Below are positions 1 to 13,191 of a stretch of DNA of 64,000 nt, piece by piece. The stretch comes from Lingula anatina. Lineage: Eukaryota > Animalia > Brachiopoda. Positions within the stretch are counted from its first letter, which is position 1; every line of letters begins with the position of its first letter. Made by a program: the position numbers and the translations under genes. The stretch spans positions 8,618,001 through 8,682,000 of the forward strand of contig CM120646.1 of the NCBI GenBank assembly GCA_051362555.1, read 5' to 3'. The notes beneath the pieces are model-generated. The model was not told where the DNA came from. It saw nothing but the letters and a program-made list of their open reading frames with translations, and did no database searches.

Positions 1-1169
1 CATCACAAATTCCGAAGAGAATAGACATCCTCTTTAAGGCTGCTTTAAATGCAAACCTAAGGTGGTTCTCTTCCATTCAGTGACTAAACTGATTCTGTTA
101 TAATCTGCATTCCATTAGAGTGTGTATGTTTTTTCACTTGAGTTGTCTGTGTCAATGGGGGACAATTGGCCCAGATTTAATGAATTCCCTGTCATTGACA
201 GTGATGGCGCCTGCTATCCAGCATGCATTCTAATGGGACTGGCTGGGGTATTCAGATTACTTACTTTTGATATGAGGCTGCCTAAGGGAACCACAGGATT
301 ATATGAAATGTGTATGCAGAGAATCACAGAGGACCGCCAAAAGTTGAACTTTACTATTTCATTGGAATACAGCATCTAATAGGGCTTCTATATTCTTTAC
401 ACTTTTCTTGTCATACAAATATGTTCCAAAAATTCATGAAATAATTTTCCTACTATAACCTGAATTAGGTGACAGATATTTTTACTCTGAACAAAATGCA
501 AGTTGGAAAAAAAAAAGAGACAAGTACTGTAACATAATACAGAATATTAAGATAGCATTTAGTTTCAACTGAAATGAAAATATCTAAATCTAAAGATATT
601 TACTAGTATTGATATTTAAGGGGAGAATCACCTTTACGTAGGTACAGTTCTGAACATTTCTTTGATACTGCTTATATTTAGAATTACTAAGAAATTGCTT
701 GTTTAAGAATTTGTTTAATAAATGGTTCCTTTGGGAAAAAGGGGTATGTGGGAAGTGATGTTGAAAAAAGACATGGGAATGTGTCACTGTCTTTTTATGC
801 TTTTAATTTTTTTCAATCCTCAGTCCTATCTGCCTAGATGCACCCTCTCAGGAACCCTTGATATCAGCTGTTTTTTTTATGGTATGTGTATTTGTCCCTG
901 TAGTGCCCACAGAGGCCCGGCCTTCTCTGTGCTGCCATTGTGGATGTCTGTTTCACTGCCACATTGTAATTTTCACTCCAGGGGTTGTCTATGAATAATA
1001 ACAATGGGTACTTTGCATGAGAAAATGATAGAAATGTGATCTGTTGGCTGGAGTATGAATGGGGAGATTTAGAAGTTGATTGGAAAGTTCAGCATGGCCG
1101 AGTGCTCTGTGGCAGTGTCCACTGGCTGATGGTGTGAAAATATGATTTGTGGCACTGGGCCATTTTAAG

Positions 1170-4100
1170 TTTTTATGTACAGACACAGATGTGTCTGTAC
1201 ATATTGCCATCACCTGCGTCTGTCGTCGCCGATCATGTCGCCGTCGCCGTCGCCGTCGCCGTGCACTTTCAGCGTTAACACCATAAGTGGAAGACGGTTT
1301 TACTTTTTGGCTTTATATTTACAGAGCTGACTAATATTCATAAAATGCAGGTCAAGTTCGAAAATCAGCATGATTGGGCCATTATTGTAGAATTTATGCT
1401 GTTTTTTCACTTTTTACCATATATGCAACACTGTTAACACATTTCAAGGAAATCCGATAGACCTGTTGTCATGAAACTCACAGGAGTAATCAATCGTACT
1501 AAAATGCAGATCAAGTTCAAAAATCGGCATGATCGGGCCACTATTTTAGTAGTTATGCTGTTTTTTCACTTTTTAGCATATATGCAACACTGTTAACACA
1601 TTTCAAGGAAAACCGATAGACCTGTTGTCATGAAACTCACAGGAGTGATCAATCTTACTAAAACGCAGGTCAAGTTCGAAAATCGGCATGATCGGGCCAC
1701 TATTTTACTAGTTATACTGTTTTTTACACTTTTCAGCATATATGCAACACTGTAAACACAATATAAGAAAAACAGAATGGCCAATTGTCATGAAACTCAC
1801 AGGAGTGGTCAATTTTACTAAAATGCAGGTTGAGTTCGTAAATCAGCATAATCGTGCCATTATTTTAGAAGGTATGCTGTTTTTTCACATTTCCTCAGAT
1901 TCAATTTTTAGGCATGTTAACAGTCTCATTATTAAACTAATAAGATACGTAAAAGTGTTTGGTTGACATTTCCTGCATCTTTACAACATTGTTAGTTGAT
2001 TTTGTAAAAATGATGGTAAACATGTTATCGTTTATTGTGTAATAAAGTTTCAAAAATGGAAATAAACTCATATCATTGCAGTTTGTCAGATTCAATCATT
2101 CACTATGTTCAGAATCTCAGAATGAAAGAAATTGGACATTTAACACTGCTCTATTGATATTTTTCTCATCTCATCAATTTTCTTAGTTGATCATATAAAA
2201 ATGGCAGTAAACTGTTAATTTTGTTTTATGTTAAAAATTGTTAAAAATGGGGAAAAAAACATTTCAGAACAGTGCTGTCTTGTTTACATTTTGCCATTTT
2301 CAAGTTGTGACTTTGAAGTTCCATGGGCCTGAAGACCTTTGCTAGTCACATTTTCTGAATATCCATGATACTAATATTTTATTATTAAAAATTGATGGTC
2401 ATTACGCTGTTAAACATTATGTAATATTGCATCAAAATTTGAAAAAAAACTATTTTGGGCACTGCTCCCATGATTACCTTTTAAGAAAAACCATGTCACT
2501 TACTGTTCTCAAACTTACAGGAAAGAAACATGGGACTAAAATACAGCTTCAGTAGGCAATGCAATCTGCCAGTTAAGGATGTAGATAACAGGGGTAGCTA
2601 TCTTCTAAACCGGCCAAGATATACCGACATGTTACATATCAATAGAAAGCTTATTTCAACAGCTCTTCATTTCATATCCTTATTTTATTATGTAATCGTT
2701 ACGTAATGAGATATAATGCTTAATAGGTGTGCTCAACATGATCTTTACACCTTTAAAACTAGAAGTCCACTACAAATGGACATGTGTAGACAGCTTGACT
2801 CGTGAGCCCTCATAGGGATCAACAAGAATGCGCCTCAAATTAGCGATATGTGTTAAATTAGCAGAGATATCAAAATAAACTTGGTTTCCAGTTCAACGAG
2901 ACCCCCTAGCCTAACTAAAGCATGCCTAAGTTGAAAACGGAGCTGATGTTATGAAATCCCAGACACATACTTTCAGACAAACCTTAGATCTAACGAATGA
3001 ATACCAGCTTTCATCGGTTGAAAGTTCTAATTAATTTTGACACTGGTCTATATCGTTCTCTTGAAGCCATAAACTGAAGCAGAGAAATCAGCCTTTTAGT
3101 GCTCCCCGGAGATTCCAACATTATATAATCAGTGAGCTGCATTGGCAAGCTGAGAAATTTAGTTATTTATACTGGTTCAGCCCTCTACTCACTGCCTATG
3201 TAACTGTCACTATGTCTTTCATCCATTTTCAACATTATTATTGAACATCTTCAACCGGAGGCCCCCTCCATGCATTGACAGCAGCCACCATGTTAGTCGT
3301 GACGTCAGCCTTCTTCACCACGTGACACCTAGGGGGAGTGCCTTTGCCCATATACGTCTCATCTATATGTCTGCTTTTAAAAGCTTTAATAGATCGTCAG
3401 AATTAAGTTCACTGATAAATTCAAAATGAAAAGTATTGTTTGGCAAGTGAAAGCGCGGCGTTACTCACAGAATGTGAAAGGCTTAGCAGCAATCTAGTAC
3501 GGGGAAATATACAGCTGCACAGTGGAGCTGCCAATCAAACACATATATGGACAAGTGTGACCTACTTTAAAACTCAGACACGCTACCACAGGGGTAAATC
3601 AGCAATTAGGCTAAAATTACGGGTTTATTTGTAAACTTTTATTATTTTAAGATAGGCTGATATGTAGTTGATATTTCATCTATCTAATACTGACAAATTC
3701 AGAAAAACACCCAAATTTTGACAATTTACTGTTAATTACTACCTTAAACAGTTTTTTTGTGAAAATTTAATTTTTCACATATTGGCATTTTCAAGGTGTG
3801 ACTTTGAAGTTCCACAGGCTTGAAGACCCAGGCTAGTCACATTTTCTGAAAATCCATGATACATATATTTTGTTATTAAAAATTGATTGTCATTATGCTG
3901 TTAACCATTATGTAATATTGCATCAGAATAGAAGAAAACACAATTTTGGGTGCTGCTGCCATGATGACCATTATGGGAAAACTTATGATTGCCAAACTTT
4001 CAAAAAAAAAAAAAAAATACAGGACTAAAATGTAACCTGAGTTGGAAAAGCAGTCTAATTGACTTCTTTTTCTGGAAGTTTTACATTTTCAAAGTGTGAA

Positions 4101-4294
4101 CTTGAACTCCCATGGGCCTGAAGCCTTATGCTTGTTTCACATTTTACTTACATTGGTATTACTTGTTGAGCATAATTAAAATTTGATGTTGAATTTGCAG
4201 TTAAACATAATGTACTTTTGCATCAGAATTGACAGTAGCCTATTTTGTAATTTCCTGCTTTTTGTCTGTACATTTGACAGCTTTGCTGCCTTGT
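1170..4294 (+). mobile_element. Non-autonomous Helentron/DINE-1(HINE)-like element with internal tandem arrays, interrupted by a Kolobok-like insertion
   Basis: Starts TTTTTATGTACAGAC with a nearby inverted GTCTGTACA. Then a (GTCGCC)n microsatellite, about 4 central ~159-bp repeats (1342, 1501, 1660, 1820), and a 3' end of subTIR GTCTGTACA + hairpin CAGC-TTT-GCTG + CTTGTT. The same layout recurs at 20523 and 37004. Confidence 0.75.
2577..3743. mobile_element. Kolobok-like non-autonomous DNA transposon
   Basis: TTAA on both sides (2573-2576, 3744-3747) and imperfect TIRs GGATGTAGATAACAG / rc GGTAGTAATTAACAG. It interrupts the HINE-like element, which resumes afterwards. Confidence 0.6.
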
Positions 4295-5941
4295 TTTCCT
4301 TTAGTTTTTTTTTTTTTTTAATTCTATGTTAAATTTCAATACTAGAAAAAAAATAGAAATGAAATTAATGAAACCTGGAAGTAGCAAGTATTTAAAAGAA
4401 AAATTTGGAAATAGTCCTTAAAAGAAAATTATATATATATTACTTGTTAGGTGGCTCTAATGCTTGTCATTCTGCATAAGGTGTTATGTCTTTTCTTGAA
4501 AAAGAAGAGAAAAGATGGCAAATTTGGGTAAAGATACCTATGCTTGACCTTCAGTTGCACAAGGTGTTGTCAGGTGACCAGAGAGGACAGACTAGTCATG
4601 GAATATACAGCTAGAGATGGATGCAGTGTGGAGACAACATGGCATTCTGATTGGGCTCACAACATACATATGATAGAAGGGGTTTTTGAATATTGAAATG
4701 CAACCCTTCAAAGGGTGTTGTGCATGAATGAAATGACAATAAATATCTTTGTGCTTGCACATTCTTTTGGTTTCAGTGAAATATGAACTTGGATGTTGAA
4801 GTGTAGAAAACTTTTAGGTCATATCTATGGTATAATTGATTGACAGAAAGAATTTATTATTTTTCTCCTGGCACTTTCTTGACAAAAGTCAGACATTGTG
4901 CTATCCTGTTTCTCCATCTGCCCATCAGTCAGTTTGTCTGTCTGTCAGTACAGTACGGAAAATTTGTAATTTTCCATTTTTCCTCATTAGGATGAGGAAC
5001 TTCAAAGTATGGGGTTGATAGACCTATCATTAGAGGTGTGAATGGATACTAGTACTTCAAATTTTTAAAGCAGTTAGGTTGGGTCTGTCCCCAGGGACAG
5101 GTAGAATTCTGGATGTAAAGATTTTTATTTATTGGTGCTCTTAAATAGTCATGCATGAAGGCAGATTTCTTTATTAAATTATCGGTAATCTAATATCCAG
5201 GCAATGGCATAGATATCCCAGGGGTAGAGGCCCTTAGGTGATTGATGCTATTATTTCTTCTCAGTATCAACTTTTTTCATACTTTTTTTTTATCTTACAT
5301 GTAACAATTATGTATTAATGAATAGGACCCTCAGATCACTGATAGTAGGGTTGTCCCTGGGGGGTGATGTGATTTTTTAAAATAATTTTTTCATTGATGC
5401 TTATAAATTAAATAGCCTAACATAAAGACAAATTTCTTTGTTTATAAGCTATATATTCAGAACCCAGGCTCTGGCATACATGTCTATTGGGGTGAGGTTC
5501 CTGGGGATGAGCTACTCCTGACAGTGTGGTCAAGTGTATGGATATATGTGCTATGGCTGCCTGTTTACAACATCTAGTTTGTTTGTTTTCTTTACAAGTT
5601 TTTTTTTCAATAATTCCTATACTGTTTTAAAATTCACAGTTTTGAAACAGCTGAAATGAAAAGTACAGATTATTTTAGGGACAACTTCTTGAAAAGAGTT
5701 AGTCTGTATTCAGAACAGTGAACTTACTAGTCTTTGGTTCAAATATGGCGATCCGCTTAAAAGCAATGGCGTCTAATCCGCTAATAGAGACTAAATAGAT
5801 TGCCCTCAGCGATTTTGCAACAAGCATTCAAGTGTGTCAGCCATATTTAATCTGTGGACTGGTTAGTACGCTGTTGTGAATGCGGCTTTAGAACATGTCA
5901 TACTTAGAAGTGGGCACATAGAGAGGATTCACTAACTAGTA

Positions 5942-6980
5942 AGCCCAGGGTATTGGGTGAGACACAGTAAGGTAGCTGTTATAGCCCAGGGTATTGGGTG
6001 AGACACAGTAAGGTAGCTGTTATAGCCCAGGGTATTGGGTGAGACACAGTAAAGTAGCTGTCACAGACCAGGGTATTGGGTGAGATACAGTAAGGTAGCT
6101 GCCACAGACCAGGGTATTGGGTGAGACACAGTAAGGTAGCTGTCACAGACCAGGGTATTGGGTGAGACACAGTAAGGTAGCTGTTATAGCCCAGGGTATT
6201 GGGTGAGACACAGTAAGGTAGCTGTCACAGACCAGGGTATTGGGTGAGACACAGTAAGGTAGCTGTTATAGCCCAGGGTATTGGGTGAGACACAGTAAGG
6301 TAGCTGTCACAGACCAGGTTATTGGGTGAGACACAGTAAGGTAGCTGTCACAGACCAGGGTATTGGGTGAGGCACAGTAAGGTAGCTGTTATAGCCCAGG
6401 GTATTGGGTGAGACACAGTAAGGTAGCTGTCACAGCCCAGGGTATTGGGTGAGACACAGTAAGGTAGCTGTCACAGACCAGGGTATTGGGTGAGACACAG
6501 TAAGGTAGCTGTTATAGCCCAGGGTATTGGGTGAGACACAGTAAGGTAGCTGTTATAGCCCAGGGTATTGGGTGAGACACAGTAAGGTAGCTGTCACAGA
6601 CCAGGGTATTGGGTGAGACACAGTAAGGTAGCTGTTATAGCCCAGGGTATTGGGTGAGACACAGTAAGGTAGCTGTTATAGCCCAGGGTATTGGGTGAGA
6701 CACAGTAAAGTAGCTGTCACAGACCAGGGTATTGGGTGAGATACAGTAAGGTAGCTGCCACAGACCAGGGTATTGGGTGAGACACAGTAAGGTAGCTGTC
6801 ACAGACCAGGGTATTGGGTTAGACACAGGAAGGTAGCTGTCACATAAAGTATTGGGTGAGGCACAGTAAGGTAGCTGTCATAGCCCAGGGTATTGGGTGA
6901 GACACAGTAAGGTAGCTGTCACATAACAAGGTATTGGGTGAGGCCCAGTAAGGTAGCTGTCACAGACCAGGGTATTGGAT
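5942..6980. repeat. 41-bp minisatellite, about 25 copies
   Basis: Unit AGCCCAGGGTATTGGGTGAGACACAGTAAGGTAGCTGTTAT, with a TCACAGACC variant. A block of variants recurs 656 bp (16 units) apart. Confidence 0.97.
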
Positions 6981-7500
6981 GAATACATTTTGTTCCAATT
7001 AACAGATCTATAAGTTTACCCCACAGCAGGACCCTGGTCTCAATCAGAGAATAAATTTGGACTCCCTGTTTTAATATTGGACAGCCATACTTTCACATTT
7101 TATGGCTCTTGTACACCCTGTCCCAGTAAAGTAAGAAAATGAATTTGGACTCCCTATTTCAAAATCCTGGGTAAATCCCTGCCTCACTGACTGCCATTTC
7201 ATTTTGAGTGTTTCATCCATGCACTTTCTTGACTTTTGTGGATTTTAAGCATTAGATCCAGTTAGTGTCATCTCTTTTTATAAATTTGTAATGACGTAAT
7301 GTAATGAGGTAATGATGTTTCTGGCATCATTTCCTCTGCAGGTATAACAGAAATCTTGAACTCTCATGTATTAAATTAACGTCTTAGTCTGCTACACAAA
7401 CAACATTTGTTGCATATATGAATATGACACAAAGGATGTATTTAAAGTGGTGAAAGTATGTGGCATTACCAAGTAGTGTTATGAATTTATTATATATTAA

Positions 7501-8202
7501 AGCAATAATAACTCTTCCTTTGAGATTCAAAATTCCGCAAGAAATACATTGTAAAAAACGCATGGAAATATATTCTATTGCATTTTACCACTTAAATGGC
7601 CGTTATTGTAGTAAAACTAAAATCTGTGCTTGTCAGTAGGGCTTTCGATGCCTTTCTTCCCGGTCGTTAAGGCATCCGTTGCCAATGATGTTAGGGTGTC
7701 ACGCGGATTCTCGTGTTCATACGAGACCAAAATAACTTCTGGCGCCACACGCCTGATGTAATACGCAGACGTAAGTTGCAAGTTTTTGTACAGTGCGTCG
7801 GATAACGAAACACCCAGAATAGCACACATTGTAGATATAAATGCATTTTGAGCAATAAGACGAATATATCTTATGAATCTTATATTATTGTTATATAATG
7901 TTGTTGTTGTCTGCTTTTCCCGGGGTTTTAAGTAGGTCACCAGAAACTATCGCTCGATATCGCGTGACTATGCAATGTCAGAGAGGGCTCCGTCAGTTAA
8001 AATCTCTCCGTCTCTTAAAATCTCTTAAGAGAATACTTAAAGTCTCTTAAGAGATTTTAACAAAAAACCGAACGTTTATCAAAAAACCCTGGACTAACTT
8101 TGAATGCATGAATGGGGTCGCTGACCATTGGTAAGTATGGGAAAATTTCCGTTTACTCCAGGAAAATCCAATTTTTGGCCAAAACGAAGAGTCATTATGA
8201 CT
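7501..8202 (+). mobile_element. Kolobok-like non-autonomous element (related copy at 39367-39781)
   Basis: TTAA TSDs at 7497-7500 and 8203-8206. TIR AGCAATAATAACTCTTC / rc AGTCATAATGACTCTTC. The interior matches 39367-39781 in reverse orientation. Confidence 0.7.
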
Positions 8203-8974
8203 TTAAGTATTTTTAATGTTCATTATTAGTTATCTCCTCTCTCTGTTATCCTGATAGCAGGAATGAAAATTTTCAAACTTTTGGCAAATTTTCGACTTAT
8301 TGGGATCCAGAAATATTGTCGAACACGGCCCCTTGGACCCCACACCATACTTACCATTTTTTTTGGTAAATAAAGTCTCATATCCCTATGATGGTCTTAG
8401 TACTTTCTTTAGTAGTAGTTGTAGGGAATGTATTCAACTTTTAAGCTTCAGTGTTGATATTGCACACACTGAATTAAGCAAGCAAGAACAGACAAAAACT
8501 CCAAAAATTATACACTCCACACATTTGACCCTCCTGGTCATGAAATGTGGACCAAAGGTGGTAACTGTTGTCTCTCAGTTGACTGAACTCAGATTTTACC
8601 CTTGTGATCCCTGAGGACTCCTGTATGAAGGTAGTCAAAGGGCAGTCAGGCAAACAATTATGCAGAAAAGATGAATAAAAGAAGATAAAAGAGCGATTGA
8701 ATGTCGATCTACAGACTGCATGATGCTCAGTCAGTGTTGGACCATGTAGTGCCCGCGGATTGTATGTACAAGACACAACCTGTCTGTCCATTCTGGAAAA
8801 AGGACTGCTTATTTGAATTTGAGATACCCTTTGACGTCTACATAATGTGGTCACTTTAGTCAGTCCATGTTGCCAGAGTCATGTACTTTTTTTGTAAATT
8901 TTATTTTGATTTAAACTCATAATAAATACTCATTGATTTCGAATGCAGGTCAGGATCGAAAAATGGGCTTTGAC

Positions 8975-9852
8975 CACGCTTGGCTGTCACCTTGATTGGA
9001 TAGTAAACGGTTGTCGTAAAATCGCTTAAAGATATTAAAACCCGGTGCATAAACTTGAAAACCACCTAGGACAACCTCAGACTGCCACATTAATCCAATA
9101 CAATGCAAAAATAAACTATAACAAGTGGTTAAAGCCTTCAAACCGAATGTCGTAAAGTCCCCATATACCTCCATAGAGACAATAAAATAGAAGAAGCTTG
9201 TGAAACAAGAAAAATCCAGTTCCAACATAATAATCGAAATAAAATACTGCCGGGCATCGGAGCGGCCTAAAAGTCCGTGCATGGCATACGCACAATCAAA
9301 CTGTATATCCAAATTCCACCTCTGATGTTTGAATTGGTCCTCTCTAACCTACCATTACGAAAAAGAAGCCATGCCATTGGACAATGCGACCTCTGCGGTT
9401 ACGTCATTTCCTGAATTGGATTGTAGAGAGGACCAATTCAAACATCAGAGGTGGAATTTGGATATACGGTTTGATTGTGCGTATGCCATGCACGGAATTT
9501 ACAAACGAGCGACGGGATGATGTAGCCTGCAGTATTAGCGGTAAGCGTGCCAAGTTTTAGGCCGCTCCGATGCCCGGCAGTATTTTATTTCGATTATTAT
9601 GTTGGAACTGGATTTTTCTTGTTTCACAAGCTTCTTCTATTTTATTGTCTCTATGGAGGTATATGGGGACTTTACGACATTCGGTTTGAAGGCTTTAACC
9701 ACTTGTTATAGTTTATTTTTGCATTGTATTGGATTAATGTGGCAGTCTGAGGTTGTCCTAGGTGGTTTTCAAGTTTATGCACCGGGTTTTAATATCTTTT
9801 AGCGATTTTATGACAACCGTTTACTATCCATTCAAGGTGACAGCCGAGCGTG
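8975..9852. mobile_element. Foldback / long-TIR non-autonomous DNA transposon
   Basis: Near-identical inverted arms 8975-9346 and 9424-9852; the right arm carries an extra segment of about 56 bp. Flanked by the direct repeat (G)GCTTTGAC(C), a TSD of 6-10 bp. Confidence 0.85.
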
Positions 9853-11854
9853 GCTTTGACCGACATTACCTAACATGTTTTTTTTTTTAGCTTTTGCTAT
9901 TTTTTGATAGATATGGCATAGTGGACCCCTTCCCAACCAAATGGTCATAGTCAGTTAATTTTAGTTGAAAGCTGGTGGCATCACTTTTGGGTCTAAAATG
10001 TAGTTCAAGTTCAAAACGGAGCATACATGCTTTGATTATTCTGTGTAATTTTTCAGTAATTTTTTTTTTTTGATAATTTCAGCCTTGTTTCCAAACAGAT
10101 CCCAAAGAGCCATTTGCATTCCTTGTTACTGCAACATCTACCTGTGACAAAATCATCATCATCATCATGACAGTTTCTGTTTTGTTTGCTTTTGTTGATT
10201 TAATACTGCCTTAGAATGCAGATTTATATCATTCTGATTATTTCCAGTATTTAATAGAAAAATGATAAATGGAGGTAAAAAGAAAAGTTTACTAATGAAA
10301 AATTTTGAGAAACCAGGTAGTTTATTTCAAAGTATGTTTTGATTCACCAGTTGAAGTTTTAACAAATAAGGAATAAACAATTAAACCCAGTACTGGATAC
10401 TAAATTAATGTATAGGTGATATACGTAGGAGCTCCAACCCCATAGACTTCTTGGTTGAAAGGATGGTTGAACACAAACTTTTGTTGAATACCCAAGAAAC
10501 TCCTCCCTCATTCCCTTGGCCTTGGCCTGTGAACCAAAAGTTCTCTCTTCACTGCTACAACTCTGTCACTTTGTCCTGATGACACATGGGATCCAAATGT
10601 AAGGACACTTAGCCAGGTGGGTGGTGAACTATAGCTGTGCTTAGAATAACTCTGCCAAGATAAATGTGGCATCAGTCCCATATCTGTCTCTGAAGAAAGT
10701 TCTGGAATTATGAAGGTTTGTTACGTGATTTTGAAAGTGCCATTCCAATATACAGTTTTGTTATACTCTTCTGCAGCAATTTTAACCATGAAAAAAGGAT
10801 TATTTCAATTTATTTAAAAAATGGTACCACAGTGAAAAATGGTGAAACAAGAGCATGAGATAAGGTAACTTTGTGATGTTATTGGTAACAAAGTTTGACT
10901 CTGGGTTTCATAGCCTGTGTATGTGCTGGTTCAAAACAAAAAATGGATATTACAGCTATAAAAGATTCAGTAGTCATTTGAACATTAAAACATTTGTTTA
11001 TTTGATACTTGAAAGATTGTTGTGTTAAAGATTAAGCTTAGATATATCAAGGCCTTTTAATTTGATATTTATTTAATTAATTTTCTAGTCTTTTTTTTAA
11101 ATTGACTGATTTTTAAATTGATAATTGTTAAGTAGAAATTCAAGTTTACTGTGATGCTCCCTTTGAAAGGAATAGAGGTTAACAAAGAATTCAGAAAATC
11201 TCTCTCTCCTTCTCTCTCTCTCTCTCTCCTTAAAACATTGATTCTGACAAACTGTCATTTTTCCTTTTTATATTCCCTCTTTGTCAAAAGAAGTACAACT
11301 GAAAAGACGGTGACCTTTTAAATGATTCTTTTGGTCAAAAAAAGTTCTGAGTAAATTCAGCAATGCATTTTATCAAGAATCCATTGATATTATCACTGGT
11401 CTGCATCTGTGTGTGCCTGATGTATTATGCATGAACCTAGGGCTTGTATGCATAGTCAATAAGTGGGGCTTGGGCAATTAGGAGGAGAGCAAATGGTTAC
11501 TTCACTCAAATAGGATTGAAGAATAAGATGTCTCTTACTATCATTTTAGTGATATTATACATATAGTGTGTGCATTTATCAGATACGTATCTTAGCAGTG
11601 TTTTTAATTGAAAGACATCATTTTCATTAGTGTCCATGCATTATTTTGTGAAGTAATTTTTGAAGGAAAATACTAGAGTTGACATGAGAAATCCCCACTT
11701 TTGATGCCCCTGATCTTTCCTTTCTCAAGGATCATACATATTCAATATGGGGCTCAATCTACATCTATAATGAAGCTACATGCTGTACTCCTTAAGTTGG
11801 ACATTCTCTTTTCCTTACTGTGGTTGTATGGCAACACTTGGCTGATATTCCCAG

Positions 11855-11903
11855 ATGTTTGTTCCAACTGGAGGAGCTATGATATTATTGCAGAGACCTG
11901 TGG
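11855..11903 (+). CDS. Candidate first coding exon of the POU2 gene (MFVPTGGAMILLQRPV)
   Basis: ATG-initiated 49 nt ending at a strong G|GTGAGT donor in phase 1, which matches the phase-1 exon at 13192. No homology support. Confidence 0.3.
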
Positions 11904-13191
11904 GTGAGTACTGGGTTCGGGGGAGGGGGGGGGGGGTATCTGGATTTTTTTGTATGCAGTGGAGGTTGAATGATGTTGCTAGTAACTACTAGTATGTAAG
12001 TGGTAGAACGTGTGTAGGGTGAGGGGTGTGTGGGAAGGGGTATCAGGGTTTTTAGTGACTCTGAGGAAACGAAATTAGTTGGACACACTTCTCTCCTGAT
12101 AATAGAGTGCTGTTTCTGCTGGTGATATTTATGAATAGCCAAAGGTAGTGGATTTTAGCTGTCCTCCAGGCACTTTGCTTGTGACAGTCCGAGAGATGGA
12201 CAGACAGACATAGCAGAGATTGCACGGGATTGAAATCAGTGTATCAGTGTTTTTAGAATATTACGAGAGAAAAGTGATCTTGATGTTACATGCAGACATT
12301 ATTGAATTTATTGCTCAGCTTTAGTTTGGGTATCTACTACCCAGCCAACACATTAGACTGTACTGTTTAGAGAAGACCTGTACACTCTGAACTTCGTCAT
12401 CTGAGACTCTTCATTTTCTTAGTGTTCACACTCCTGTAGAGGCTTATGTTACAACATGGTTTATATATATATATATATATATATATACACTGTCTGTACA
12501 AGTGGACATCACCTGCATATGTCAGTATTGTCAGGGCAGCACAAGAGCTTGAGCAGTGCACATTTCTTGGTAACGCAACAATAGGGAAGCAATTTTATCA
12601 TTTTGCTTCAGATCCATAATAATAACCTACTAGTGTGCTTAGGTGCAGATTTAGTTCAGAACTGGGCTTGTTCCAATTGTTCTACATATTTTTTTGAAAA
12701 AAAAAATGTTATTTAAATAAATTGGTTTCAGCAGAAATGTACTGGGGTGTATGTATAACAAATATTCTGATTAGATCTTGCAATATTTTCAGTGTATGTA
12801 TATACGTGTGTGTGGTCATATTGGATTGTGCAGAATATGTCTCTTGTTTAATGTCAAGAACATAGATGGCAGTCTAAATACTATGTTATAAGTAACAATT
12901 AGAACAAATTTATTTAATTAAAAAATGGTATAAAGCATAGAATCCAAGTGCTGGGACAGTGATTCATGAGTAGGAGAAAATTTGTTTTTTTTCTGGTGGA
13001 AAATTCAATTTTGCCTGTAAGTTCTGGATAAGATACTTTAAATGTACTTCAGTTCTGGGTTATATAAAATGATGATTTTATATATATTTGATTGACCTTT
13101 TTATAAATCTGAAATTAAATGAAAAGAGAGAGTTAGTAGGAAAAAGAAAGACAAAAGGTCTAACTGCAGCATTCTGTAATGTTTTTTCCAG

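Noticed and set aside
5745-5798. ATGGCG-initiated short ORF as the POU2 first exon
   Set aside because: It stops after 17 codons with no suitable donor.
5942-6980. CRISPR-like look of the 41-bp array (and the 50-bp array at 27.5-29.2 kb)
   Set aside because: Units are contiguous with no unique spacers, there are no cas genes, and the context is eukaryotic.
7617-7940. Similar peptides at 7617-7940 (-) and 39439-39663 (+)
   Set aside because: The similarity reflects two copies of one non-autonomous element, and no transposase motif is visible.
8950-9802. Twin ORFs (MLELDFSCFTSFF...) on opposite strands
   Set aside because: Artefact of the inverted repeat, with no recognisable protein motif.
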